A stretch of 63,979 nt of DNA, filler included, from Folioceros fuciformis (GCA_049999805.1; 9 parts of 9 records of this genome joined end to end with filler, not necessarily neighbours in it); one strand, 5' to 3'. Shown: positions 11,410-25,125, counted from the first letter of the whole stretch. The notes: generated from the sequence alone by a model not told the origin. A program made the numbers and translations.

Positions 11410-12752
11410 ATGGTGAAGAAGGCGGTGCTGATCGGAGTGAACTACCCCGGCACGCAGGCGGAGCTGCACGGATGCGTCAATGACGTGAAGCGCATGTACG
11501 CTGTTCTGGTGGAGAGGTACGGGTTTGAAGAGAGCTCCATCAAGGTGCTGATAGACACCGATGCCCAGTACACGCAGCCGACTGGGGCTAACATCCGCCA
11601 AGCCCTGTCTTGGCTGGTGGACGGAGTGGAGGAGGGAGATGTGCTTTTCATCCACTACAGCGGCCACGGCACCCGGGTGCCTGCTGAGACTGGCGAGCAA
11701 GATGACACTGGCTATGATGAGTGCATTGTTCCTTGCGACATGAATCTCATCACAGGTAGGCTGCGTAGATCGGCCTCTTCCCGATCTCATGGCAGTGAGC
11801 ACGCGGCCCCTCCGCCTGACGGCCTTCTCTTGCGTTGGGTGTGGCAGATGAGGACTTCCGGGAGCTGGTGAATAAGGTCCCTGTGGGAGCAAGTCTCACC
11901 ATTGTCTCCGACTCTTGCCACAGCGGAGGTCTTATTGAACACGAGTTAGAGCAGATCGGAGACTCCTCCAACACGGATGGGGGCTCTGGCTCTCGTGGCG
12001 TGGGGGGCGGCGGCAATGGCGGGCTTGGAGATGCGCTGTTCGGAATGGTGAGCTCCAGATTGCAGTCCTCGCTACAGAAACGGGGGATTAATTTTCCCGG
12101 CTGGCACCACCGGGGACACGGACAGGAGGAGCAGGGTCAGGATGAGCCGCTGGTGGACGGAAGTAAGAGCAAGAGCCTGCCATTGGAGCTGCTCACGCAG
12201 ATCCTCAGCGAAAGGACAGGTCAGCAGGTGGATGTAGGCAACATTCGTACCACGCTCTTCGACATGTTCGGGGAGGACTCCAGCGGGAAGATCAAGACGT
12301 TTATCAACGTGGCCTTGCAGCAGCTACAAAGTGGAGAAGGCGGAGGCCAAGGCGGAGTCATCTGGGGCCTGGCACAGCAATTTTTGCAGACCAAGCTGAA
12401 TGACCAAGGAGAGGACTATGTCAAGCCTGCTGCAGACCGCCCTACAGATGTGCAGGCTGCCTTCGCCGGAACTTCTAGCCACAAAGGGCATCCTGACATG
12501 GGAATCTTGGTCAGTGGATGCGAGTCTAATCAGACTTCTGCAGACGCCAATCCCACTGGTGATCCAGCTCAGGCATACGGCGCGCTGAGCAATGCCATCC
12601 AGACCCTACTGGAGCAGGGGGGTTACAAACTCACTAACAGGGAGCTCGTGGCGGAGAGTCGCAAGCTTCTTCAGCAGCAAGGGTTCACACAAACTCCCTG
12701 CCTTTACTGCAGCGATACAAATGCCGATGCTTACTTTATCTGCGAAGCCTAG
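11410..12752 (+). CDS. Type II metacaspase (exons 11410-11755, 11848-12752; 416 aa)
   Basis: [13 protein letters not shown], catalytic HYSGHG and SDSCHSGG, long linker, p10 region [16 protein letters not shown]...[10 protein letters not shown]...QTPCLYCSD; single GT-AG intron. Confidence 0.97.
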
Positions 12753-13362
12753 ATGTATACACAACGAGATCTCTTCCACATCCCGCTGTGCCTCTGTAGA
12801 GTGGACTGCATTTATCACCTTTGTTGTGTCCGTGACTTTCTTCTCTATAGGTAGTTTATGCATTCCGATTACAGATATGTTTGAATGGTTGAAGTTACTG
12901 TCAGCTCCTTGTGTTAACTAGCGTGCATTGGAATGCACTGGTATGGTACTCTGCCAAAATTGTGAAAAGACATAACCTCTTCAAAAATTTGCCTTTTGTG
13001 CCCAAAAACGGCCCTCAACAATCGCGCCCTAGAGTCTTTTGACTTTTTCGCATGTATTTAGGGATTTGGTGTACAAGATCTACGGAAAAAAGACCTATAC
13101 TACAAAATTGTAAGCATAGCACTCTTCGTCTCACAGTTAGCTGGAACGTGCTCACACGTTCCAGTAGGAGGTGAAGGCTGGATGCTCAAATATACACGTT
13201 TGAACAGAGGCACAGAAATCTGTTTGATGGTTAGTCGTTTACAAGGCTCTCATCTACACATTTCTCTGTCCATGCCGCCAGATATTGTGAAGGGAATCAG
13301 CTAGAAAAGATCCTGAAGATCTGACTTCCCAAGACTATGGAATACTAAGGCAAGTTCAAGCA

Positions 13363-14645
13363 CTAACAGGTTACCTCAGGTACTCCTCCCTCAACTTCAT
13401 CCTCGTTTGCTGCTGACTCAGCAGTCTCCTCCTCAATTTTTCCGCCGGACTGAGTACACAGTCAACAGAATTTCAGACAAGCGCATCAATGGCTAACAAC
13501 TCTGTGCACGACAGTGTACCACACACCACAAAGAGGTAGTTACTGACAGGACCTTATAGCTCTTCATGGCCGCTTCGTATTCTACCTTCTTCTCAGCGGC
13601 ACCAGCAAGGTAAGGTGCTTTCTCCTGCGGCACTCACCAGGGCATAGGTTTAAACCGCATTAGAAAAAACCAGAAGAGATATTTGGTGACATTTTACATT
13701 CTCAGTGGTATCCTTTTTAGTTACTGACCTCATCAGGCATGCTGTTCCATTTTAGTCCTGCTTGTTTGGATACGTCCTGCGAGGGGGTAGAACACCAGTT
13801 TCGTAAAGCATGATGAAATCGCGATCAGAGCAACACAGCATGACCTGAAGTCTGTTGCAGACTTACCCCAACGTTCATCTTTTCGTTCTCATGTTCAGCT
13901 TTCCAGGTGGCCCGGAAATCGTTCCTGAACACACAAAAAATGTTCAGTTCAAAGAAAATGGAGAGTCATACAATGTTCAATTCGTTTAAAAACATTGGCT
14001 TACAGGAAAAGAAAATAGGGTGTTGCGGGACGTTTCGGCATATTTGGATCCTTGAGCCGCTTGGGTTTCTTCGCTTTTCTTTCATCAGCCCTGGTGCTGA
14101 CCATTCGCTTCTTGCTTCCACTGCCAGGATCAAGCAACTGAACTTAGTAAACGTCCAGGCAAAGGTTTTGCCATTCAAGTGCAATTAAAAAGCCATTACT
14201 CGTTGCCGTCGGCAACGACTTCGTCAGTGGCATTTTTTTTGCCCGTTTCATCTTTTTCAAGCATGCCTGCAGGAACAAACGAGAGGTGAGAATGCGGGAG
14301 CGGCACCATCCCATTCCCAGTGTGACCCTCGCCACGAGGTGTCAAGACCTACCTACTCTGGGTTTGACCATAGTGTCGCCTTCACAGTCATGCATATCAG
14401 CTGTAGCAGCCGGGATGTTCTTATTGCATTTGGCACTGCTCCTCAAAACGTCACAACGTTACTCCACACACAGAACGCAAAATTCAGTCGGAACCAATCA
14501 TCCGTACGTAAAAGAATTGCACACCAGCTACGCACCAGCGGGTAAATGCGCTGCCATCGGAGCCTCGCTTCATGGCACCAGGATCGGCATCAACACGCTT
14601 CCTGGAAACGATGCCATTCTTCTTGGAGCTCGCCGCACCGGGCAT
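13363..14645 (-). CDS. HMG-box protein (HMGB6/7-type with N-terminal Cys/His motif), multi-exon; last exon uncertain
   Basis: MPGAASSKK...RKRVDAD...DGSAFTRC|AKCNKNIPAATADMHDC, KDPNMPKRPATPYFLF|NDFRATWKAEH, DVSKQAGLKWNSMPDE|EKAPYLAGAAEKKVEYE, acidic tail. Confidence 0.9.
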
Positions 14646-15403
14646 CGCCGCTACTTGGTAGGGTAAAGCAGGAATGCTGCAATACCCTGGCGGCGGCGAC
14701 TGGCAACTAGACGATTCCTTTCAACACTCGATTCCGCTGCGCTGAAACACCGAGACCAGCTCACGCGGTAGCTGGACAATGAGCGGGGACGTTGAGAGTC
14801 GAAGTCGCCTTGGAAGAAGGCGTCCAGAGCATTTGAACGAAAGCCGAGGCCCGCGAAAATGTGCGCGGGAGACGAACGATGAGCTGTAGGACCTGATCAA
14901 GCCATACAGCTTAGGGTCGTTAGAAAAGGTTTAATTTCATCTCCATCCATTAGGACTTAGCCAATCCAGGGGTCCAGGTGATGATGGTTTTGACCTCGTT
15001 TCAGTTACTGTATGCTGTTACCCTGGCAACCTGTGCTGGCCGTACATATGTAGTCTTCGAGTCCTCGATAAATGTATACAAGATTAAGTACCGATTCTAA
15101 TAAGTCATGAAATTTCAATAAAAGTATTATTCTTAAATGGTGAAATTGAAATTTGAAAGAAATGTAAAAGTTAAACTTGTGAATTAAATAATTATTATTT
15201 GGTCATAGGCCTGGTGAATCAACTTCAGGGTACGCTATTATTATAAGACAAAAATCTCGTTTGCTTCTTCCTCCGTGAGACGTGAGACGAATGGTGTGGT
15301 GGCGTCCAGGAAGCCACGACTTCGAGGGCCATGGAGGTGGAGAGTTGTTTGAAGCCCGCCAGGAAACTGAAGCGTCTGACAGCCGCCGAGGTCATGCTGT
15401 TAT

Positions 15404-15503
15404 NNNNNNNNNNNNNNNNNNNNNNNNNNNNNNNNNNNNNNNNNNNNTTAATTAATTAANNNNNNNNNNNNNNNNNNNNNNNNNNNNNNNNNNNNNNNNN
15501 NNN
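15404..15503. other. Artificial contig-joining spacer
   Basis: N44-TTAATTAATTAA-N44. Confidence 0.98.
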
Positions 15504-16136
15504 CAAGAGCTTGATGCGCTCTTGAGACGGAGATCTTGAGATTGTTGACAGAATCCAGGAGATCTGGCAGCCGAGTTCTACAGTAGGAGGACAGGGAATC
15601 GATGAGAGATAAACTATCCGACTCGTAATGTGAGGGATAATGGAAAGAGGTTGGTCTTGTGTGTGCACAGTTATCGCAACAGAGTGGAGGTGTTGAGTTT
15701 CTAACAAATCTGTGCTGTGGTGCGTGCCAGTGAGAACCATGGCACCTTCTCTGAGGCATTGGCGCCCTTCAGAGATCAAGACCTGGTGCTTCGATTTCCC
15801 AAAACTCGCGCTATCATCCTCAAGGGGACTATGAGCGCAGGGCGATCTCCTGGTGTGTGCACAGTGCTAGAAAAACATGGCTCTGATACCATGTTGTGAC
15901 ATAGACTAGGAACGACTAGCGCTAGAGACGAGGCGCATGAGAGGAAAGAAAAGGTATCTAATGCGTTGTGTACGTCGACCTTTTGTGGTCGCGTGAACAA
16001 GAGTTTGTTATGGCAGTTGGCCGTTTGCCACCTGCCCATAAAGTTAGGGCACCGTTTCATATCATGCTTATTAAACCCTAAATAACCATCAAGTGTTCGA
16101 GTATTTATAAGGGGATTAGGGTTCCCCTTTCTAACA
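15504..16136 (-). mobile_element. 5' end of an LTR retrotransposon: ~245-bp LTR (16136-15892), tRNA-iMet PBS (15891-15879) and start of internal region
   Basis: Minus strand reads TGTTAG...TATAAATA...CACAACA immediately followed by TGGTATCAGAGCC. Confidence 0.82.
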
Positions 16137-19100
16137 ATCTCTAAGTAAACCCTGTGGTGAAATGGTTAAAAGATTAAGTTAGATTAGTAGCTAGATTAAT
16201 GGTGAGGCGAGGCGCGTCTTTGAAGGGTTGCTGGAATGATCTGAGAGAAGGGATGGAATGATTTGAGAGAGGAGGGAGAGTGTTGAGAGGCACTGACCAT
16301 TTTGGTAGTCTTGAGAGCTTGGTCAATTTGGTAAGGGCACCCAGTGGTGTCCATGGGACACAACCCCTATTAGGTCAGAACTAGGTTTGGGCCAAAGTTA
16401 GGGTTAGGTCAGAGTTAGGTTTAGATCAGAATTAGGGCCGGCTTAGGTCAGAGAGAGATTGCTGGGTGGTTGACTGAGGCTAACCCTAATAGATAGAGAT
16501 GGAGGTTTGGGCCAAGGTAGTATAAGAGGCTAGACTTGCCATTGAGGAGGGGGCTGTCTACGGTGCGATTTCCCTGGACCTTGGGTGCAAAACTCCTGGC
16601 TTAGGGCGCTGAGCTGGTTGAGACTAAACCAAGGTCTTGATTTCCCTTGCCACTAGGGGAACGTGGAGGATCCCAAGACTGCCAAGATTCGTGTGGCCGG
16701 ATTCTCAATGGCTGACCACCTTGCATGCTGGCTGAGGTGAGGTTGCAGGGCCGTGAGCCAAGGAGGCTACCCAGCCCTAGGCCTCGCCTCTGCCTTGAAG
16801 GGAAGGCTGCAAGAGGGAAGGCTGATGTGTTCCAAATTGCAGGAGAGAAGGGTTGAGTTGCAGATTTTGGAAGTGGAAGTGTTGAAGTGAGGAGTTGAGC
16901 TGAAGTGAGGGGCTGGAGGGTGAAGTGAAGTGCTGAAGTGAAGGACTGAAGTGCTGAAGTGAAGGATTGAAATGCTGGGGTGAAGTGCTGAAGTGGTGGA
17001 ATGAAGTGTTGAAGCTGGAGTGAGGAGCTAGCTGAAGTTGAGGTTCTCGTTCAGCTGCGGAGGTAGCTCGCACTAGGTGCTGAGAGTTGGAGGCCAGACT
17101 TGGGGCTGGAGCCTCCTCTCAGCACTGAAGTGATTGATACTTGGAGTTGGAAACGAGGGCTGAAGACAATGCTGGAGTTCTCATTTTGTTGAGGCTGGGG
17201 TTGGTGTTGTGGTAGGAGCTGAAGACAGGACCAAGAATTCTGACCTATTGCTATAGCACTTGGTATATGCTGATAGATAGGGTGAGATTAGGGAGATGTA
17301 GGTAACCTTGACATTAGTTCACTCCCTTAGGAGCGAATCATAAGACTGCAACGATAATAAGGGGAAGTGTGGCCCCTTGGTGGTTCTTGGGTGTGCAAGA
17401 AATCACTCCACATGATGCAATCAAACCTGAGTACAAGTTGGGGATCAAACAACAGCATTGCAAAACTGTGGAGGAAGCTATGCAAGCTGCCATGGACATC
17501 AAACACCATGGTGTGAAGGCTCCAGCTGCGTTGTGTTTGTCTGCAGTGCAACCAGAAATGGTAGGGGCTACAGACCATCAACAAAAGTCGTACCATGCTC
17601 AAGGGGCAAGGTGCCAAGTTGCCCCTACGTGGAGGCTTAGAGGCAAACATGCAAGGCTAGTTGCACAAATCAGCCAGCAAAAGGAAGTGAAACCCATTGA
17701 GTTCAAGCTGAAAAGTGAGGGAGAAAAAAGAGGATTCATGGCAAAGGGCCTTTGCTTCATCTATGCATAGCCAGAACACATGGTGAGGGCATGTCCTTAC
17801 AACACCATGTATGGTAAATGGCTGAAGGGTGTCAAGCACGCTGGATGCACTGTGGGGCAAGGTGTCGCTAAGGTAAACGCTTGCACAAGGCTGCAGGTTG
17901 AGTTGAGTGATGGGTCGAAGAGGCTGTAGGTCCTGAACAACATCAATCAACAACTTGCCATCGAGAGCTTGCAAAATTCGAAGCAAGCAGAAGAACGGGC
18001 CTTTGAGCACTTGAAGCACCAGTCCATGACCACGAAGGGCATGCTGTGTGACAGGTCAGTGTCCTTCCTCATTGATGGAGGCTTGACGCACTGTTATGTA
18101 CGAGCAGCGGTAGCGAGGGACTCACCAGGTGTCGAGTGGTTCTACAAGGAGATAGAGCAATCCATGAAGTTAGCTAATGGAGCCATTGAGAGAGTGAGTG
18201 TGCACAAAATTGAAGCTAACATCTCATTCCAAGGGTAGGAAGACAATGTTAGGCTTGAAGTTTTGGATGCCTTATCACATGAGGTCCTGTTGGGACAGGA
18301 TAGGCTATGGTAGCTAGATCCTGAAATATCCTTTAGGAGGCACGAGATGACATTGAGCTGGAGGGGGAAAAGGGTTCTAGTCAAAGGCGCTCACCAGCAA
18401 CCAAGCATGAGGCTCTTCTCAACCAAGTATGCAATGAAAGCCCTTGAAGCTGGTGATCTGGATTATGCTGCCTTCTTGATGCGTTGCCAAAGCATGGAGC
18501 AAGTGCTCTCACGCCCGCACAAGAAAAAAGCAGACGGTGGAAGTGAAGAGGTGGAATCTCAAGAATTGAGGGCCCTCTTAGAGCAATTCAAAGATGTCTT
18601 CGAGGAAGCCCAAGTATTGCCCCCAAGGCGTGACGTGGATCATGCCATAGACCTCATTCTGGGAGCCAAGCCAGTGGCCCGTCCACCCTACAGATTAGCA
18701 CCAGCAGAGAACCTGCTCGTGCAAGCAGCCATGGACGACCTCCTGAAGAAGGGCCTCATTGAGGAGTCTGTATCCCCTTATGCAACACCTGTGCTGATTG
18801 TCAAGAAGGAATGGTAAGGTGTGCATGTGCAAAGACTACTGAGGGTTGAATGCTTCCACAATGAAGAATCAAGATGAAGAACCTAAACTCCAGATGCCAT
18901 GCATTGAAGAAATACTGGACAATCTCGTTGGAGCCCAAGTGTTTAGCAAGGTGGATTTGCAAAGCGGGTTTCACCAAATTCGAATTAAGGTTGAAGATGA
19001 GTTCAAATATGCGTTTAGGACGAGGTATGGTCATTATCCGTTCATGGTCTTACCCTTTGGCATGACCAATGCCACTGCAAGCTTCACGACCTTGATGACC

Positions 19101-20413
19101 AAGATTTTGAGACCCTACCTAGGTAAATTTGTGGAGGTGTTCATAGACGACATTCTAGTGTACTCTGCAAATGCTGCAGATCACAAGAAACACCTCATGT
19201 TAGTGCTAACTGCCCTAAGGGAGCACAAGTTGTTTGCAAGGAGGAGTAAGTGTGAATTTTTCACCAACAAAGTGCATTACCTGGGCTTCATAGTATCTGC
19301 TGCAGGCGTTGAGGTGGACCCCAAGAAGGTGCAAGCCATCCAAGACTGGCCACCACCCCAAAATATCACAGAGATGCAACAAATTTTGGGTATGTGATGA
19401 TGAGGTCATTCATACCTCATTATGCAAGGATAGCTGTTCCTTTGACTGACTTAACCTGCAAGCTTGCAAAGTTTCCCATGTCAGCCAAAGTAGAAGCAAC
19501 ATTCACAAGTTTGAAGGAGGCAATTGCATCTGCAGCTATCCTCACCCTACCAGACATGGGGAAGCCATTTGTTGTGAGAACAGATGCTTCAGACTTTGCT
19601 CTAGGTGATGTGCTACAATAGGAAGGGAAAAGCATAAGCTACTTGTCCAGGAAATTGCAAGGTCCTGAGCTGAACTACACCACCCACGACAAAGAGCTCC
19701 TGGCAGTGGTGTATGCCCTAAAGGCTTGGAGACATTACCTATACGAGAGCGAGTTTGTTGTGTACACAGGTCATAGGAACTTGGAGCATTTTTACAAGCA
19801 ACCCTTGCTGAATCCTAGACAAAAGAGATGGGGAGAATTCTTGGCTAATTTCCACGTGACAATCTTGTATTGCCCTGGCAAAGCCAACTTGATTGCTGAT
19901 GCCCTGAGTAGACGTAGGTGTAATGTGGCGCTGAAAGTGGAATCCGATACTTGGAAGATGGTGAGAGAGCACACTCCGCACGATGAGTACCTAAATGAGA
20001 TACTCACAAGATTGGAAAGTAGTCTCGTCACGGGGAGACCCACACAACTCGGAGATAAATTCAAGGTGCATCAAGGGTGTCTCTACAGAAAGGGCAGATT
20101 GTGCATACCTGCTAAGTGTGTTCAGATCAAGCAAGCAAGCTCTCTTGCATGATGCACACAATGCCCCCACAGCAGGACACATGGGCATAGACAAGACTTA
20201 TCAGCGTGTGAAACAACTTGTTTGGTGGAAGGAAATGAGAAGGGAATGCATCAAGCATGTCAAGGAGTGCCTACCATGCCAGCAAACCAAGTTTGAACGG
20301 AAACCACCTGCAAGTCTACTTATGCCACTACAAGTCCCTGAAATGAAGTGGCAAAGCATGGCCTGTGACTTTGTCACTTGCTTGCCCAAGACCAAGAGAG
20401 GGCATGATGTAAC
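16137..20413 (+). mobile_element. Degenerate Ty3/gypsy retrotransposon: LTR/leader-like region, gag zinc knuckle, protease, RT, RNase H, integrase Zn finger
   Basis: GLCFIYA*PEHMVRACP, FLIDGGLTHCYV, VFSKVDLQSGFHQIRI, VFIDDILVYS, VRTDASDFALG, NYTTHDKELLAVVYALKAWRHYL, HDAHNAPTAGHMG...CLPCQ in gypsy order; many stops/frameshifts. Confidence 0.93.
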
Positions 20414-21322
20414 ATGGATGGGACAAGATGGAAGGATGTTGAGACTTTGCACTTTGTGCAAATTGGACAGCTGGACACGTCACTAAAGCCAGCAATCCAG
20501 GAGTAGATCCGTCAACGTGCTATACTACTAGAGAGACAACTACTTGCTGTGAAGGTTGGGTACGAAGTGGAACGTCTCGTGCCTCCACCAGCTGAGAGGG
20601 AGCAGTTGATTCGTCAAGTTCATGACGACATGGGTCACTTTGGTGTCAAAAAGACCTACAGCCTCTTGGTTCCACATTTTCATTGGTACGGGATGCATGC
20701 CTAGGTGAAGCAACAAGTGGCTCGTTGTGTGGAGTGTGATAGAGTTAAGACCACCTTCAACATTCAGAATCCACAACTGCAGCCTTTGCCCATCATGGGT
20801 TCTGTTCTTTCGGTGGTCTTGTGACATGCTTGGGGAACTCCCTCGTACACCAAGGGGCAATGTCTACATGCTTGTTATGATGGAGCATTTCAGCAAGTGG
20901 ATCGATGTGGTGGCCCTTCCTGACAAGACATCCAAAAGCACAAGGCAGGCTTTCCTTCAGAATGTGTTGGCACGGTTTGGAAGTTGTGCTGAGTGCTTAA
21001 CAAATCAAGGTTCTGAATTCCAAGGAGAATTCCAAGATCTACTGGATGCAGCATTGATTGACCATCGCAGGACTAGCCGAGACCACCCCCAAGCCGATGG
21101 TCTCGCAGAGTGTATGGTGCAAACAATTAAGAAGGGGCTGAGGAAACTGTGCTTACGGATGCCCAAGATGGAGTGGGATTTGGCCATACCATACATTCCA
21201 TGGGGTACAGGCTCAGCAAACATGCCTCCTTAGCTCACTTCAGTCCCTACTTTTTGCTGTTTGGGAGGGAGCCCATACCGCCCACTGCTATTGCCAAGCA
21301 AATGGCAGAAGTTTTCGATCTC
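20414..21322 (+). mobile_element. Integrase (H2C2 plus DDE core) of a second, different Ty3/gypsy element
   Basis: HDDMGHFGVKKTY...CVECDR, RWSCDMLGELP, EHFSKW, TNQGSEF, HPQADGLAECMVQTIK, FSPYFLLFGREP. Confidence 0.85.
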
Positions 21323-21650
21323 TGTGGAGGCAAAACCTCGGGCACTGATTGCCAACGGGTTCCACCTTTAGTGGCCACACTTATCCCACTGTCGTTGAGA
21401 CATTGGGTTTCGTTCCCACGAAGGAGCGATGGGGTTCCTTGCTGCTGTGGATGGAGGGTCGGACTTGATCGACTCGATGATGGATTCGAGGGCTCCCCTC
21501 CAGCTCCGATCAGGCGTATTACAGGCCTCGCTGTCTGGCAGTCAGCTGCACCTCTCTCGGTGCCCACAAACTCACTCCAGTCACTACAACAACCCTAACC
21601 TCTTAGATCTACGACTTCCCTCACTCACTTCACTCACTCTCTCACTCCAG
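21323..21650. mobile_element. Partial copy of the ~957-bp LTR-like repeat, interrupting the integrase
   Basis: Starts TGTGGAGGCAAAACC and closely matches 60933-61260 and 61890-62096. Confidence 0.85.
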
Positions 21651-21750
21651 NNNNNNNNNNNNNNNNNNNNNNNNNNNNNNNNNNNNNNNNNNNNTTAATT
21701 AATTAANNNNNNNNNNNNNNNNNNNNNNNNNNNNNNNNNNNNNNNNNNNN
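21651..21750. other. Artificial contig-joining spacer
   Basis: N44-TTAATTAATTAA-N44. Confidence 0.98.
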
Positions 21751-21829
21751 GGCTATATATATAATAATTTTTGGACTTCACATGGTCTTGGGCCAAGGAG
21801 AATGGCTCTTGCACCATCCTTACAGTTTA

Positions 21830-22260
21830 CTCCATGGTTTTTTCTTTTCTTACATATTTTTTTTTCTGTATTGACTTTGTTCTGCTTATTTTGTTTCTAA
21901 AGAAGAGAATTTTGAAGCCCTTGGATCCCAATAAGGGAAGTGAAGAAAATTGAGGCATTGTAGCTTTTGACTCGAACAAAAGAGAGTCTCTCTTAGCCTT
22001 TAGGAGCACATGCACAAGGAAAGCACCAACCTCAAAACCAAGGACAAAATATTTCAATATGTAGAAATTCCTTAAGGAGTTGGAAAGCCAAGATTGGGCT
22101 ATGAGAGCCCAACTTGCCAGGAAAGTTGCTAATGCTAAAAATTTAGTTGATAACATACTAATGCCCTTAAATAAGATCTCTTGGTTTTGGTATGAGATCC
22201 CGCCTTAAGTTCATCGATACTATTGTTGCCCTCTAGCACATTAGATTAGCCTCTTTGAAT
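21830..22260 (-). mobile_element. Highly decayed fragment resembling the post-RT region of a CRE/RLE-type non-LTR retrotransposon
   Basis: KGISMLSTKFLALATFLASWAL resembles the GGLG(L/I)xS...APAAFLASW motif; AT-rich and degenerate. Confidence 0.35.
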
Positions 22261-22278
22261 CGGGCTAATCCTTTGAAA

Positions 22279-22351
22279 GAGAGACTATTATAAGTACATG
22301 CAAGAGAGACTATTATAATTGAATGCAAAAGAGACTATTATAAGTGAATGC
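22279..22351. repeat. Short tandem repeat, three copies of ~25 bp
   Basis: GAGACTATTATAA recurs three times. Confidence 0.8.
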
Positions 22352-23526
22352 CATCCTTACACCTAACTAGTTACCAAACAAATCACCAAAAGCATTGTAT
22401 CCACATTTGATGATTCCGACCTTATTTAATAACTATTTTTAATTTAGTAATTATTTTTATAAATTAGTTATACTATTTATTATTTATATGCTGTCGCAGG
22501 TCTAGACACCTTACCATCTACCACCCATCGCAAGATATGGATTGAGAACTATAGGCATTTGCAGCAATCAAGTTCCTGGGCTTAGAATAAGTGGGTGAAA
22601 GGAGTGTGGGTATAATTAATAGTAAGACTTGACTAGGCCTCTATTTTTTGTCAAGTAAACTTGAAGGTGGTTGTCAAGTATTAGCATACTTTACTTAAGC
22701 TTTCTATGCTCCAAAAGGACTAAAATGATCTATAATGGGGAATAGGCAAACAACTCAAATTGAGTGGTTGTTGTGATGAGGTTAAGAGTACTTATTATTA
22801 AGTAAATTAAAAAGCTTGCCTTGACCTGAAATAAAAACTTTTGAACCATAGACTAGGTATGTTATAACTTCTGTGAGTCTGTAATTACTGGAATAAGCTT
22901 GTCCTTAAATAATAGGTATATAATTCTCTGTAAAATTACTAAAACCCATCTTTCTTTGATGGTGCCTATTCCCATTCAGTAGTTTTTGCCAGGGACACCA
23001 TCATGCAAAACGATCATAACAAAGTGATACATCAGCTGTGTCCTTTAGTCATTGTGAGAGACGTGTTGGCAACAAAATTGGGGCCCCGTCTTAGATCAAG
23101 GACACTCAGACTTTCACTTTCACACAAGCTGGACAAAATTTTCTGCAAACTCACTGTCATCCAGGCTATTTGACGTCAAAGTCTCAATTTCGAGAAGACC
23201 CCTTGAGTGTTGTTCACTGCTGTTGGGCATGTTGTACATGCGAAATGTTCGCCTAGTTATCTGAAGTCGCCTGCGTTTCAAGCTCGTCTCCTTTAGCTCC
23301 ATCTGCAGCTGAAAAATTACTGTAGTAAGTTGCTGAAAAATTCGACTGGGATGGCACTGGCTCTTGTTCCTTTCAAAAGGGTTGTTCCATGGTCAAAGGT
23401 AAAGGCAAGTGCCCAAGGGTAATCTCTCTGTTCACTGGCTGCGAACAGAAAACAGACTCTCGGGAGAACAGAAAACCGGACATTCAACGGTCTTGCAAGG
23501 CCAGTCAACAGCAGTCAGCAGGCCTG

Positions 23527-25125
23527 TCATGTTTGAAAGGCTTTACCTGATAGTTTCAACTTTATCACAGCAAGTTCCTGCTCCACGTACTCTCCTGCAA
23601 CCGTGGCGGGATACAGGGGTGCCAAGGGACTTTCAGCGAAGTGGCCAAGAGGTCGCAATACTGCGTCAGAGGCAATGTGCCCAAATACCTGCACAAGATT
23701 GGCATGTAAGGAGAGGCTTACAACATCTTTCTCCAAGTGCTTGTTGTAACCCTAGCTGTATACACCTTACCGTGGAAGAAACTCTCCAAAGGCTCTTCCC
23801 ACATTCTTTTGCGGCATTGACAGCTTTTATGGTCTTACTACTCACAGCAACCTCGTGCATTCCGGCTCTGCATTCTCCACCAGTTAGCCACTCCAGCTGC
23901 CATGTGCAAGTTTGTCAGCACAAGCTCAGGTACATACTCTGAATTGCAGCTGACTTCCACGAACACACTGGCCAGTACCTGCTTTCCAGCCTGGAGGAGG
24001 AGGCAGCCAGGAGGAACAGTCACATTGAGTTTCCGGCCATCCCTTAGCCATATGAAGAGCCCTGGAAATCGACTTCGGCCATGGATGCTGAGAAAGTTGA
24101 GGTCATAATGGTATCCTGCAAAAACGTTTCCTTCTCCGCTATATCGTGAAAGATCACTACCTGTAGGAGCCAGCAAATGTGGTCCCTGCAAGCCTTGGCA
24201 TGGAAATGCGTCAAACCTAGCAGTCTAAGACCCCTCTCTCAATCATCAAGCTGCTGTAACAAAGCTTCCCACTTGCCTGTGACATGAGGGATGTAAATGC
24301 TGACTTTGAAAGACCGAAGCCCAGGGCAGCCATCTCTGCAACCACCTGATCCAAGCACAAGGTTTGATTCCTTTGCTATCCATCAGATGCAGCCACAATA
24401 GTGAAAGTACTACCTCCACTGCTGCTATCATTTTATGACCCCATCCATTCATGACTTCAGTCCATTCTGGGAAGCCCTCCGGCACCACAGGCTCAGCGTT
24501 TAGTTCCTGGACGAAGCCCCACGTCCTTGAGTTAGAATTGACACATCGGACCTGCTGCTGTTCCCGTAGGCATCCCTGCTGTCATCCTCACCTGGAATCG
24601 TGTAACAGTGGGACGGGGACCAACCCTCCACATGTAACGCCATTTGGGATCAGGCCCTGAAGGTAGCTGAGGACGGACATCTAAAGGCATCCGCTGAATC
24701 TGGGCCTGGAGCCCCGGGTCCACTGCACATCGCGGCAACTCAATCCCTTCTGGTGTCACCCCTACCTGTAACACCCGTTGGAATCATAAGAGACATCTTG
24801 TGGGCATGTGCCTGCTTGAGAGTCTCCGTATCTTTCAGTGCAGGTGTGAAGTCCAAACCTGATAATGAAGATGAGGTCGCTCCTGTTGGCGTTTAAAATC
24901 TTCGGACTGGCCAAAATACCGCTCCATCATGTCAATGAACCTATCATTGTCCTCGGATGAACATCGTGGGTCCCGGATGACCAGTGCCCCATGCTCCCTC
25001 AGGCAAATTGCTGCCTCCTCACACAGTTGCCTCACATGGGAAGGGCAATCATCTGCTGTGGCACATTCCGGTAGCAGCGAGGAGCACTCCAGGTATGGCT
25101 CCAGCTTGATCACAGGAAGCTCCAT
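23527..25125 (-). CDS. 2-oxoglutarate/Fe(II)-dependent oxygenase superfamily protein, multi-exon
   Basis: MELPVIKLEPYL...GALVIRDPRCSSEDNDRFIDMMERYF, PDPKWRYMWRVGPRP, GPHLLAPTGSDL, AGYHYDLNFLSIHGRSRFPGL (HxD), GMHEV, RVSST. Confidence 0.93.
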
